Source: Octopus bimaculoides (taxonomy: Eukaryota). Taken from it: DNA of 64,000 nucleotides. The notes under the pieces were generated by a model. It saw only the letters and a program-made list of their open reading frames with translations. It was not told the DNA's origin and ran no database searches. The number at the start of each line of letters is the position of its first letter. Within the stretch, counting starts at the first letter, position 1. The stretch spans positions 33,807,282 to 33,871,281 of the forward strand of contig NC_068984.1 in the NCBI RefSeq assembly GCF_001194135.2. Direction: 5' to 3'. The position numbers were made by a program, and so were the translations under genes. This document shows positions 1-13,495 of the stretch, piece after piece.

Positions 1-240
1 GTAGCTATATTTTTGAATAGAACTTATTTTAGATAATTTCAATTGATTTTAATCGATTTAAATTTCTTTTCTATTTGAAAATTGGTTATGAAACACGTGT
101 AATCTTTTTATTATATTTATCTTATGATATTTACTTTACTTTATATTATACTCATTTATTGTGCTTTTAATTATTAATTTTTCTATATGTGATAGTGGAT
201 TTTCATCGATGAGTTCTTGAAAATTGGTTATTTTCCCTAA

Positions 241-275
<35 letters not shown>

Positions 276-3200
276 ATTTATATGTACAAGAATATATTTA
301 AGAACCTATATGTTCTCATATCTATATACATATGTATCTATGTTCTCTACTACTTACAAAATATATGGTTCAGTGTTGGTTGAGTTTATTTACTGTTATA
401 TTTTCTATGTAAATTCGTTCAACTTGCCATGAAGTTCTTGTTGTTTTTCATGTTTGCCTATCGTGTTTTTGTTCTTTGTATTATTTTTCATTTTGTTTCT
501 TTTTTTTTTTTTCGTTTTTGGGTAGAGTGTTGTTTTCTAATTCTATTTTCCATGTAGAATATGATTAATTTTGATCAACATAAAACATGATACAGAAATA
601 AAAGTTTGATAAGCATTGCTAAGCTTATTTTTGAAGAGTTAAATCCAGACAGATTTAAATATAGCTTAAACATTTACTATTATAAAAGCATTAGGAAAGT
701 TAATCTCTGTTTACGAATACAACTATTAATTTCTTATTCCTTTATCATGATCTTGTGTGTTTATGTATGAATGTTTGCGTGTGTTTGAACTTTAATGTTA
801 CTCTTATTTCGTTTGTTTGCCTTTTGTTAATATGCTATCTGTTTATCATAGTTTCCCATAAGCCATATCCCTGATTATCAGTCATCTTTGTATTATTCGC
901 TTCAATTTTTTTCAAATCTAATTAGGCATGAACGCATATTTATACATAGGTATGCGTGCAATATATATGTACATACATGTATGCATACATGCACGCATAC
1001 ATACGTACATACATACATACATAAGATACATATATGAGTAATGTGTATTTTACATATGTGTGTGTGTGAGTGTGTGCGTGTGTATGTGTGTGTGTGTGTG
1101 CGTGTGTGTGTGTGTATGTGTGTGTGTGTGTGCATATATACTTATATATATAAATATGAATACAAGTGTGCGACTATATATGCATGATTTTGTATGTTTA
1201 TTGTATAAACCCTACTTTTAGACAATTTTTTAAACGAAAATTCTATTTTAATTACGGATAAGTTTATTTCTATTAAAATCTATTTATATTGAAGTCTTAC
1301 AAACTATTCCGTATACTTTCCAGTAAGAAAATGTGCTACCAACATATATACATACATATTTAGTTACATACATAAATATTTACATAAATACATACATACA
1401 TACATAGATACATACATTAAAGCATAAAGAAATACAAAAAATATGTTATATTGTGAATGGTCGTATATTCAAATGAGTAATTCAAGATCCTTTAGATTTT
1501 GAAAAAAGAAAAAGAAAAACTCTGTCAAAGAAACTGATTTTTGTTGGAAAACAAATTTATGATATATGACATCAGTAATATATTCCGTGATAAAGTCCAG
1601 GAAATAACAATGGCTTATGATGCCCTTGCTTAGTTCTAAATACAGCAGCGACAATGAATAACACATATTTTCAGAGCATAAATGTACTCTATTCATTGTG
1701 AAATCTCTGGAGAAATGAAGGCACACGAAATGTACATAAATGCAATGATGCGCTGAGCGTATATTTTGCAGTCAGTATAGGGGCTGGAATAGCTGTGTTT
1801 TAAAGTTGCTTCCCAACCAATTAGCTTGGAATTCAGTTTTACAATGTGGCACCTTTTGCAAAGTGTCTTCTATTCTAGCGCGGGGGGACCAAAACCTTGT
1901 GAATTGATTCAGAACACGGAAATATTTGCTCAAAATTATTTGCATCATTTGTTCGAATGTCACCGATTCATCTCATTTAACTTTCTGTCTAAGATCAATT
2001 ATATAACTGCAGATGACGTACTTGGGAATGATTTATTCGATTGTACCACTACCCTAGTAATTTCTGGTTTTGTTGTGGTGCAAATACATCATGATAATTT
2101 GTAAGTTTGACTTAAAGTTTTAGTAACACTAAAAAGACTAAAGGCAACTTAGTTTAAATTATTGCCGACATTTATATCTTCTGTTTTGTTCTCTTTTGTT
2201 TTCTAAATGACATAACGTCAAATAGATAAAACAATTAAAAACTGTACTAGAGAAACATGATAAAAAGAAAATAAACGTTAAAACAAGAATTTTACAATTC
2301 CGTAGTAAATTCGTTTTGTTAATATATTCAAATGAAGACTGAAAATAAATACATGACATAATAATACGAGGCAAACAATAAAACAACTCCAATTTCTATC
2401 AACGACACTGAGGAAAGATTTCACAAAAAACCAATAATGTGGGCGACAACTCAGAGATTGACAATAAACTGACCTCAAATACCTCTAGCTGATTCCCAGC
2501 TAAAGAAAGTAGACCTAAGAAACTTAAACCTGAAATCGAATTCATTGTAGTCCCTTGATTTAATCTACAGTTAAGCTAATACATTCCTACTTTATTATAC
2601 AAGATAACTATAAAAGTGTTAAAGAAAAGACTATCGATTACTTTCGTCATTGAAAACTACATAACTAAAATGACTTTTTTCTTGTATCTCTTAGGGAAAA
2701 CCAAAAAAAAAGATTGTTTTCCAAACTCGTAAACTTACAATATAATCCATTCAGGTGGTAAATCGCAAACGTAGATAAAATACTCAGAAAATTAACAGCG
2801 AAGTGATTGAAATTCTTCCTATTCAAACTGGACTTTACAATTACTAAACTAATTCCGAGCCAATCTTATTAGAAGCAGTTAACAACAGTCAAAATCAAAC
2901 CTATTTAAAAATTATAAAATGAAAATAGACCGTCGAGTGAATTCTCAATAAAAGTGGACAAAAAATAGAAATAAAAAGTAAAAAGTAATTTCGATGAACA
3001 GAAAAGAAGATAAGACACCTGTAAACAATATTTCCAGATGTTTCAGGGAATATTTGAAACTATCAGTAACATATATTGATACTGACTTCACGAATTGTTC
3101 TTAAAAAGTTTTCATTTCAATATATATTACATTAGGAGACAGTGGTTTGAAGAAAATGGCAAAGCACCTTAGATAATAGCTTACAGCAGTTATTTGTTTA

Positions 3201-5190
3201 TTTTGTTAATTTCTACGATACGTATTGAAATTTATATTTGTCCATTATAAAAGGGGAAATTAATTCTAATTAGATTAAAGCGATTAGGGAGCTGGCGATT
3301 AACTTGGACACACAGCCCGCAATATTAGCATCATTATTATTGAGTTAAAGATCTTAAAAAGCATTTAGATACATCAGTAAAATTGAAGTAAAATTCGTGA
3401 ATTATCAGACACGGTAAATAACATACTAAATGTCTTATAATATTTAGTTTTCTCACTCTAAACTCTAAGTTCAAATTTAAACGATGTTGACATTACTTTA
3501 GTTTTAAAATAAACAAATGTTTATTATACTCTCCTTAAAATAAATTAATAAGGTATAAAATAAGCTGCCAGAAATTCAAAAACGTTCGCAGATAGAGTTC
3601 CTGCTTGATGCCATGTCACGTCTACGTCTTTCTTCGCCTTAAAAATGATTATGGATGTCACACTTTATAATATATGCTTAACTTCGTAAATAACTAGAGA
3701 AATCGAACCTATTTCATCCCCTGTGTAGCGAAGCTTCAACCTAAAAGTTTGCAATATTTAGAATCTTCAAACGTTAATGAGTAGTAAAAGACACAAGGAT
3801 TAAAAACTTTCTTACAGAGCGTAAAACATTTAAATTCATGAGAACTGGCACATTATTTTCTTTATGGTTTGCGCCATCGACATAAAATATACCTGTGTCT
3901 AAGCAAAATAGAAGTGACTGTCGCGAGGAAAACAGATCGTTTAGAAATCATTATAAATAGTTATCTCATTTGTTACATTCCTTTTTTTTTTCTTTTTCAA
4001 TGCTAAAGCTCTACTCCAAAAATTATGTGCATTATCAATGTCAGATATTGTTATATGCATTGCGTTTTGTGCTCTATTTTACCTCCGACTTTACAGCTTC
4101 GTTTCACATAATTTACGTGTCTTTCTACAACCATTTCGTTGAATAATACATTCATTGATTCTCTATGTTCATGGAGAAATATATTAAATACACAGTTAGA
4201 ATATATACTTGTGTGTGGCTGTATGCGCGCATGCAGATATTCAGAATTTCAATTGTCGTACAGTTGAAGCGATATAACAGTTATATTATTTTTAGCATTT
4301 ATTCATTATATTTAGGTGCGTTTATATTTCAATAACCATGTAAGCAAATATCTTCATGATTGAAATGCTTTGCGTCATCTAAGATTATGTTCGAAAATAA
4401 TTCAACTTCTAATATTCTTAAAACGGGCATTTTACAAAATTGTAGCATGGAGTTTTATTGTTCCATACTAAGAGTAGATTTCAAGCAATAATGGGAATTT
4501 ATGCAGTGTGTTTTCGTAATGGGATTTCTCAGGAAACCTACAGTGTATAAAGGTACTTCAGATGTATGCAATTATAGGGTTAGTAAAGTAATAAATGAAT
4601 TACAAAATGGTATATGTTTCCATTACTTAGGTTTAGGAATGCCTAAAATATTTAGCATTTAGAAGATTCGATAGTACACTGGTATGTTATTGTTAATGCT
4701 TAGCTTAGCTCTAGGTCAGTCCTAGTCGAGAAAATTTATGAACAAAGCCGTTCCACTCATGACCTACTAAATTTTTGTTCAGCCGTAATATGTACGATTA
4801 AATTATCCAATAAGTATTTCCTTTATATGATAATACAATGAGAGAAAATTAGCTGATATTTCTAAGAAGTGTACTAATCTAGGAAAGACAAGCCTTTTGG
4901 ATCATGAACATGTGAAATGTTGATATTATGTTTTCTTTAATATCATGCAGATGTGTGTTTTGTAGTAGAAAAAATACAGATGCACTCTCCAGAGGTACAT
5001 CAAGGATTTCTTCCTAATTCTTTCGCAATTAGGATGCTCATCCGAGCATCGTTTCTCACCCCGTTGACTGTATTACCCAGTTGGTAAAGGACCATGTGCC
5101 TTAAGTTTACTTAAACAACTTATTAGAGGGTGTACATACATAGATAGATTTTTAATTCCTTATTGTTGTCTTTATTTCTTTCATTTTCAG

Positions 5191-5244
5191 AATCCACTTT
5201 ATAACATTTATAAGATTTCAGAATCTTGCAGATGTAACGATAAG
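5191..5244 (+). other. Candidate 54-nt internal exon of an unidentified host gene (NPLYNIYKISESCRCNDK in phase 0)
   Basis: Strong acceptor tttatttctttcattttcag and donor AAG|GTAAAA; no homology recognised. Confidence 0.3.
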
Positions 5245-6419
5245 GTAAAATAAAATACTTGTAATAAAACTGTGTTAATGTTCATAATAAGATTAGCGAA
5301 TTTTTTTTAGGTTAGCAGCTGTACCCTATGAAGATAATTGCACACCTAGTAAATTAGAGCATAACATATTTGATGGGCAGGTGATAAAATAGGGAAAGAT
5401 AGATAAGAAATGTAATATGTTAGATGTAACATGTAATTTTATAAAACGAATGATTAGAGGTTATATTGTGAAATGATAGATAAATAATTTATTTATAGCA
5501 ATGATGTTTTAAATTTGGAGCTATTTCAAGCTTGCAGTTAAGTGAGAAACTTTATATGTCATCTTCAGTTACGATTTATCTAGAATTGCAGCATAGTCAA
5601 AGAGATTAATTATATGAGGGATTATCAAATAACCGTCAAATGCTCCTGGTTTTTGCTAAAGAATGGTGACCCCAGCGCTTACGTCATAGTTACAGCTTGT
5701 GTGACGCATTACTTAGAACTGGCTATTGGTAACTTACAAATGTTCTGAGTAATGTTATTGTTTCTTCCCCAAACAAATTCCAAACTTTTAAGTTGGTCCC
5801 TGAAGATAGTGATAATGAAATTATTGTATCTACACCAGCTATCAAGGTTAATTATTTTATAGTTTTTTTTTCTGAACATAGTCATAGTTAGTCCTTGCGA
5901 GAATCCAGTATGAACCTTGCCGATTACTTAAGTTGCACCCATACATCATCTGTAAATTGATATTCTTTAAGTGCAAAATGGTCTCTGTCTCTCTTGTCTT
6001 GGGGCCAAATTACAAATCCTCAATTTTGTACTGATTATTCAAGGTCTCTATTTCCACCTCGGACCTAAATACTAATTCACCTAACGAGTATTAGAAATTA
6101 ACAGTGGAGAAAATGAGATACTTTTGAGTCTGTGCATTATAAGTAACTTATTTGTTTGTCATAATGATCTCAGTAAAAGTTCAGGTGGCTATATATGTAT
6201 ATACACACATTGATGAATAGAAAATGCCAATAGTGCTGCGTGAATAAAGACAGGACTGAAACTGGCTATATTTCAATTATCCATCACATACCGATGGTAC
6301 GTGGCTAGTGACAAACCTCAACAGCATGCGAAGAAGTATAGCCAGCCAAATTTTCATATTGCTAACTATTTCGATTCACGGAGCTATAAAATGTTGTGGC
6401 CTTTTGAGAGTTGTGATAA

Positions 6420-7868
6420 ATACAAATACAGAACCTTTTTGGCATGTTTCAGTAAATTTCATAAGATGGATAATCATCACATAAGTCTAGTGATGTTGGG
6501 AGTTTCAAGACACCTCATTTGTTGATAGCTATGGCAAACCGTTGAAAAGATTCAAACGCGTACACCTTCTCCAGCCCAACTACAGCAAGTACAGCTAGGC
6601 AGAATATATTTAATTCAAACTGAATACTAGCAGTTGTTTCAGTCTGAGAGTGAGAGAAAAATATATTTGAAGACCATTTGTTCAAAATTAGTATGAGAAA
6701 CTGGAAGACGGTTTTGACTGCTGTTGGAAGAGAAATTGGCCAAGTCGACATTAAGAGGGGCATCTTTCAAGGAGATTCGGTGTCATCCTTACTGTTTATT
6801 GTTTGTATGTCACCGCTCTCTACGGTTGTTCTGTGAAAGATGAAAATCTGATTACAAGCTGCAGAAAAATATGGGACCGATCAAATATTTGATGTTCATG
6901 GATGATACGAAGCTTTACGAAGCTAGCAGAGATCAATTGGATTCCCTTATTCGGATAGTTATGGCAAATTTTCTATCAAAATATCCAGATGGCATTTTGT
7001 ATAGAAAAAAGCGCTGTTATTGATCTGAGTATTGGGCAAGAAGTAGATGGTAGGTGCGTACTGATTCCAGATGATGAACGGATAACACAAGTGAATATAG
7101 AGGGTTACAAGTGTATCAGTGTTTTAAATATAGGCTAGATGTTGAACACCATGATGGAGAAAATATTTCGAATATACCAGAAGAGATAAAAAGCTATGCA
7201 GGGAAACTGATTAGAGGCATCAATGCGTAGGCTGTATGTGTGATTTGTTATTACGCGGAAGTTGTGGAAGAAATAAATGAAGAATTTCTCAACATGGATA
7301 GAAAAACTAGGAAAGTAATGACTATGCATAGGTCCCTTCATATTAGCAGTAACGTAGCAACATTTACGTGCCTAAGAATGAAGGTGGAAGAGAGCTGGTT
7401 GGAATTGAGGATAGTGATATGGAGTAGAACCATGCATATCTGAGGAATAGTGATGAAAGAATGTTGCAGACTCCACTGAATGAGGTTAGAAGTGACGATG
7501 GTGAGATTCTCAAGGAGTACACTATGAGGACTAATGGAGAAAAGACTATGAACAGGAAACAGAATGTCTTACATGGAGAGATTTTCTTACAAAAGCTGGT
7601 GAAGGATCATGGCGATTGTTAAGAATTGATTTTCTAAAGAAGACAGAAGCACTGATTTTTGCTGCTCAAGATCAAGCTTTACGAAGCAACTTAATTAAGT
7701 GTAGCATTGATGAAATAGCAATATCGCCTTTGTGTCGACTATGTAGACAATCATATGAGACAGTTAGACATAATTAATGGATGCTCAAAACTAGCCCACA
7801 AAGAGTAATAAAATCGTTATGACAAAGTTGCGATGCGAATACAGTGGGAGATGTGCAAGAATATTCCT
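6420..7868 (+). mobile_element. Decayed R4/Dong-clade (REL-endonuclease) non-LTR retrotransposon fragment: RT core to CCHC zinc knuckle
   Basis: Manual translation across stops and frameshifts gives SMRNWKTVL...VDIKRGIFQGDSVSSLLF, LMFMDDTKLY (RT catalytic motif), TEALIFAAQDQALRSN..KCSID...CRLC...ETVRH..NGCSKLA (CCHC). Confidence 0.85.
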
Positions 7869-7989
7869 TAGCTGCTTCAAGTTGAGACAATTCTTTTGAC
7901 ATCGAACTCTAAGGATAGATGGAGTGCTGTTGATATCGTTACAGTTGTTGGTTATACGATAGTCGATCTAAGTTACGTTTCCTTCTCAT

Positions 7990-8400
7990 GCAGTCTCTAG
8001 GTACAGTTTTGTCTATCAGGAGTTGATACTTAGTGCCTCTGCACTTACACTTGCAACCCATATGCACATGTGGCGGGACTCCATTTTTTTTACAGATGTT
8101 CGTACGTTGACTCTTCGAGTATTCCCGTCAATAACTTCCACATAAGTGGCAAACAGGATATCGGCCTGTAATTGTCTGCCGTATTGACTTTTTCGGTGTT
8201 TTTCAGGACCACTGTCCTACAGAATGACAACCACTCTGGTGTTACTTGGTCGGCATTTAACAACGTTTTAAGTCGCGCAGCTATTCGTGCATGACATTCA
8301 ACAAATCTTTTGATCCAGTAGCCTTGAACTCTATCTGGTCTCGGGGCCTTCGAGTTGCTCATATTTTGCTGATTTCCTTCACTTCCCTAACTGAAATGAC
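7990..8400 (-). mobile_element. R4/Dong-clade fragment, N-terminal RT region
   Basis: ORF 8090..8362: KAPRPDRVQGYWIKRF...PEWL..CRTVVLK...DNYRPISCLPLMWKLLTGIL, continuing to RGTKYQLLIDK. Confidence 0.85.
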
Positions 8401-8877
8401 TAGTCCTCAAATAGGTAATACTTCCCTTAAGATGTGCACTGTGCCCAACAAGGCTGCTTTTTGCAAGACATTAATCTTGCATGGGATTTCCAGTTGCCTT
8501 AAGAAGTTTTGAAGTTTCAATGGGATTGCGCCCAACGCTCCTATCACCACTGGTATCACATTTACATTACCCTCTCGCATTCCATACAGTCTTGCCATTT
8601 CCACTTTCAATTCAGAGTACTTGGCGATTTATTCAACCTCTTTACTCACAACATTCATGTCACTTGTTATGGCTACATTAATGATCTGACAGCATTTGTC
8701 TCTCTTATTCAGTATGATAATATCTGGCTGACGGTGTCCGATTACACGATCCGTCTGAAAGTCACAGTCCAAGAGTATCGTTACTTTTCCATCCTCCTGC
8801 AAAACTTTGCTTGGTATGTGCTCATGCCAGTTCTCTGTTACTTCATATTGGTATTTACAGCGTAACAGCCAGTGAAG
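8400..8877 (-). mobile_element. R4/Dong-clade fragment, REL (PD-(D/E)xK) endonuclease to ORF end
   Basis: ORFs 8629..9051 and 8407..8610: WHEHIPSKVLQ...DFQTDRVIGHRQPDIII...VIPVVIGALGAIP...LQKAALLGTVHILREVL*. Confidence 0.88.
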
Positions 8878-8878
8878 A

Positions 8879-8948
<70 letters not shown>
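8878..8948. repeat. (TAG)n microsatellite abutting the R4/Dong fragment
   Basis: Read directly. Confidence 0.97.
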
Positions 8949-9098
8949 TCTTTCTACTATAGACGCAAGGCTTGAAATTTGTGGGAAAGGATGAGCCGAG
9001 TATATCGACACCAGTGCCCCACTGGTATTTATAAATAGAAGACAAAATCAACCTTGCTATTATTTGAACTCAGAATATAAAGCCGAAAGAAATCTCAC
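8949..9098 (-). mobile_element. Degenerate, internally deleted copy of octopus SINE family B
   Basis: tctttctactatag..caaggcttgaaatt...atcgacaccagt...tttgaactcagaa, matching the other copies (e.g. 30368-30560). Confidence 0.6.
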
Positions 9099-9099
<1 letters not shown>

Positions 9100-9152
<53 letters not shown>

Positions 9153-9175
9153 TAATATTAATAATAATAATAATA
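9100..9175. repeat. (TAA)n microsatellite
   Basis: Read directly. Confidence 0.95.
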
Positions 9176-9750
9176 CCTTAAAAGACATGCTTACAAATCT
9201 GTCTGCATGCCTAACTTTATCAGTTGAAACCTAATCTATTTAATCCAGTCAGAATTAATTTTCCTTTGGAAATTTAAGGAATTTAACAAAGAAACTCACA
9301 TTAGAGTCTCAAAAATATATGAATAATAATAATATTGTTGTGCAATGACAGCTAGGATCATGATCCACGCGCATTAATTAGAGAATGTATGTACGTATCT
9401 AATTTTCTATATGTATATAATGTATGTATACACATACATACATATAATAGGTATGCATATATATATATATATATATATATACACAAAGAGAGAAAGGGAC
9501 AGAAAAGAAGAGAGAGAGAGATAGATGGATGGGTTTTACGTCTTCTATTAAATTTATTCCTTTCTATTATCTTCATTTGCAATTCCAAGTAGAAAATGTT
9601 ACATTTATATATTTGTTTTTTTCTAAAAGTCTTTCGTATTATATACCTGCTACGTGTGAGTGTGTGCGTGTAAATATGTGTGTGTGCATTTATGCGTGTG
9701 TATGTATGCGTATTTATGTGTGTGTTTGTGAGTGCAGCATGTGGCTTATT

Positions 9751-9798
<48 letters not shown>

Positions 9799-10037
9799 TT
9801 GGAGGTGTATGTAAACATGTGTGTATGTATGTGTGTGTTACCGTGTCTGTGCTCGTGTATGTGTACGTTCGTAAACATGTAACGCCTAGAGCATTAATGC
9901 TAGAATTGAAAATGAGCTAGCTCACATAATGAATGGCTATGTCATTAATAACCTGGATTATCTTGTCAAATTCTTCACAAACTATATTATTATTAGCAAA
10001 TTTTCATTACTTTTATTTTTATAATTACAATAAGAAA

Positions 10038-10049
10038 ATGTAGTAGTAA

Positions 10050-10100
<51 letters not shown>

Positions 10101-10213
10101 CAGTAGTAGTAGTAGTAGAAGTAGTAGTAGTAGTAGTAGTGGTGGTGGTGGTTGTTGTGGTGATGGTGGTGAAAGTGGCGGTGGTGGTAGTGGTGGTGGT
10201 GGTGATTGGTGGC

Positions 10214-10262
<49 letters not shown>
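10038..10262. repeat. Compound (TAG)n/(TGG)n trinucleotide repeat
   Basis: Read directly; explains the poly-T/V/S ORFs 9982..10284 and 10139..10384. Confidence 0.95.
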
Positions 10263-10858
10263 TTCTTGCTGCAGTCGTTGACATTGTTTTGCCTTTTAGT
10301 TTACATTATATGCAATGCTTGCAGTTCTTCGTGAATCAGCTTGTTTTAAGTTTCAGTTATAATTATTTTTATTTACTTAATTAATATAGAGGGTTTTTTT
10401 TTTCTTTTCTTTTTTACATAAATGTTTTCGAAATTGCAGTATCATAGCACTGATTCTTTATTCACCTCTAATGCACTGCACAATAACAGTTTTAGAGTAA
10501 AACATTAAACCAATATCTAAGTATACATTCGTCATAACAGCACATAGCTACATCCATTGCTTCTTGTTCGTATTATATGGATCAAATTCCAAATTTTATT
10601 CTTACTCATAGATTTTGTTAATATCCCGCTTCGACTTAATCATTACCATAATAACTGTCACAGTAGTTAACATACTCAACTGGAAGGAGACCAATCATTT
10701 TCAACGAATCGACTCCATCATGATTATCATTAACGTTTCTACTTTAATTTTGCATCAATCATTAGCATCATTTTATCGTTATTAAGAACCAGTGGGTTAA
10801 ATTTTACGGCTTTCGACTAATATTATTACCATCGGATATGTGTGTGCATGTGAGTGTG

Positions 10859-10889
<31 letters not shown>

Positions 10890-10922
10890 TTATTTGTGCC
10901 CGTGTGTGTGTGAGTGTATGTA

Positions 10923-10968
<46 letters not shown>

Positions 10969-10969
<1 letters not shown>

Positions 10970-11270
10970 TCTTTTACTCTTTTACTTGTTTCAGTCATTT
11001 GACTGCGACCATGCTGGAGCACCGCCTTTAGTCGAGCAAAACGACCCCAGGACATATTATTTGGAAGCCTAGTACTTATTCTATCGCTCTCTTTTTGCCG
11101 AACCGCTAAGTTACGGGGACGTAAACACACCCGCATCGGTTGTCAAGCGATGTTGGGGGGAAAAACACACACACGCAAACATATACACACGCACATACAT
11201 ATACATATATATATATACATATATACGACGGGCTTCTTTCAGTTTCCGTCGACCAAACCCACTCACAAGG
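10969..11270 (-). mobile_element. Octopus composite SINE family A, truncated copy lacking the tRNA-like head
   Basis: tttactctttt-acttgtttcagtcatttgactgcg.ccatgctggagcaccgcctttagtcgagcaaa...acgacgggcttctttcagtttccgtc; very similar to 34798-35210 and the reverse complement of 61200-61611. Confidence 0.85.
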
Positions 11271-11341
11271 CGTCACCTGGAATTGAACTCACGACCTTAC
11301 GATCGTGAACCGAATACCCTAACAACAAATCCACGCGCTTT
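11271..11341 (-). mobile_element. tRNA-like head of another SINE family, cut by an assembly gap
   Basis: Minus strand gcgcgtggatttgttgttagggtattcggttcacgatcgtaaggtcgtgagttcaattcc has A-box and B-box-like motifs. Confidence 0.6.
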
Positions 11342-12675
11342 NNNNNNNNNNNNNNNNNNNNNNNNNNNNNNNNNNNNNNNNNNNNNNNNNNNNNNNNNNN
11401 NNNNNNNNNNNNNNNNNNNNNNNNNNNNNNNNNNNNNNNNNNNNNNNNNNNNNNNNNNNNNNNNNNNNNNNNNNNNNNNNNNNNNNNNNNNNNNNNNNNN
11501 NNNNNNNNNNNNNNNNNNNNNNNNNNNNNNNNNNNNNNNNNNNNNNNNNNNNNNNNNNNNNNNNNNNNNNNNNNNNNNNNNNNNNNNNNNNNNNNNNNNN
11601 NNNNNNNNNNNNNNNNNNNNNNNNNNNNNNNNNNNNNNNNNNNNNNNNNNNNNNNNNNNNNNNNNNNNNNNNNNNNNNNNNNNNNNNNNNNNNNNNNNNN
11701 NNNNNNNNNNNNNNNNNNNNNNNNNNNNNNNNNNNNNNNNNNNNNNNNNNNNNNNNNNNNNNNNNNNNNNNNNNNNNNNNNNNNACGTAAACACACCCGC
11801 ATCGGTTGTCAAGCGATGTTGGGGGGAAAAACACACACACGCAAACATATACACACGCACATACATATACATATATATATATACATATATACGATAGTAA
11901 ACGTTAAACATTTGTAAATGTGAAACTGTAGATCAATGAAAATAATAAGCCCACTATTAATCATTCTTTAACTTTTAAATTAGACGGTCACGATTGTTTC
12001 GTAAAATCTTTCAATATTTAGTTATACTAAGATTATGTGAGGTTTGGCGAGAAAATGCAAAACCTGCCAAGATGCCAAAAACAGGATGATCATTTTAGCG
12101 TTGTTGAATATAGATCTAATCAGTTCGTATTACAAAGTGTCTCATTTATACTTGAGGCAAGAAATCTTGGAATCTAGAATATCAAAGAATTTCAGTGTCT
12201 GTTAGTAGAAATCTTTATTTATACCGTGGGTCATATAGTCTACTAATGTACAAGTGAATCTTTACTCGGACTCCGAATCTACTACAAATAGTTGAGAAAT
12301 ATCGCTCAGTTACACCCAACAGTCTTTAAAAGAAGGTTACATTGCGTAACGTTGTTCTACTTAGACTGACAAAAATATGGGATAGCCATAGCTGAAACAA
12401 ATTTCATTATAGGACAGTTTCAGTTTCAGGAACCTAGGGCAAAGCAACTAGAAAACTTTAATTTTACTTGCTAACACATAATAATCTGTACTACAAAATG
12501 ACACAAATCATTCTGTATGTGTCTCTCTCACCTCACTCTCACTCCTCTCTCTTTCTTTCGCTGCGACTTTGTGTCTGTCTCTCTCTTTATATATATATAT
12601 ATATATGTAGAGAGAGAGAGAGAGAGAGAGAAAGAGTGAGTTGGTTGTTTCTGTTTACGTATATATATATGTGTG

Positions 12676-12707
<32 letters not shown>

Positions 12708-13267
12708 CAAAACTCGATTTCACTATTCTTGTCCATATATGTCTCTGTACCTCACTGTTTCTCTTCTCTCTGTCCCCATTTAGCTCAATTTCTTTATTAT
12801 CCATCTCTCTCTCTCTCTCTCTCTCNNNNNNNNNNNNNNNNNNNNNNNNNNNNNNNNNNNNNNNNNNNNNNNNNNNNNNNNNNNNNNNNNNNNNNNNNNN
12901 NNNNNNNNNNNNNNNNNNNNNNNNNNNNNNNNNNNNNNNNNNNNNNNNNNNNNNNNNNNNNNNNNNNNNNNNNNNNNNNNNNNNNNNNNNNNNNNNNNNN
13001 NNNNNNNNNNNNNNNNNNNNNNNNNNNNNNNNNNNNNNNNNNNNNNNNNNNNNNNNNNNNNNNNNNNNNNNNNNNNNNNNNNNNNNNNNNNNNNNNNNNN
13101 NNNNNNNNNNNNNNNNNNNNNNNNNNNNNNNNNNNNNNNNNNNNNNNNNNNNNNNNNNNNNNNNNNNNNNNNNNNNNNNNNNNNNNNNNNNNNNNNNNNN
13201 NNNNNNNNNNNNNNNNNNNNNNNNNNNNNNNNNNNNNNNNNNNNNNNNNNNNNNNNNNNNNNNNNNN

Positions 13268-13314
<47 letters not shown>

Positions 13315-13397
13315 CCTATAATTTCTACTACTTGTTCAATGAAGCTGTCATATTTAACCTCCCGTAATATATACAGTGTCACACCGCTACACAGACG

Positions 13398-13444
<47 letters not shown>

Positions 13445-13460
13445 GCGCGCGCACACATAC

Positions 13461-13495
<35 letters not shown>

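Noticed and set aside
11119-11895. Identical ~107-nt SINE segment on both sides of the 443-N gap (11119-11225 and 11785-11892)
   Set aside because: Perfect identity across a gap points to an unmerged contig overlap or allelic duplication in the assembly, not a real tandem repeat.
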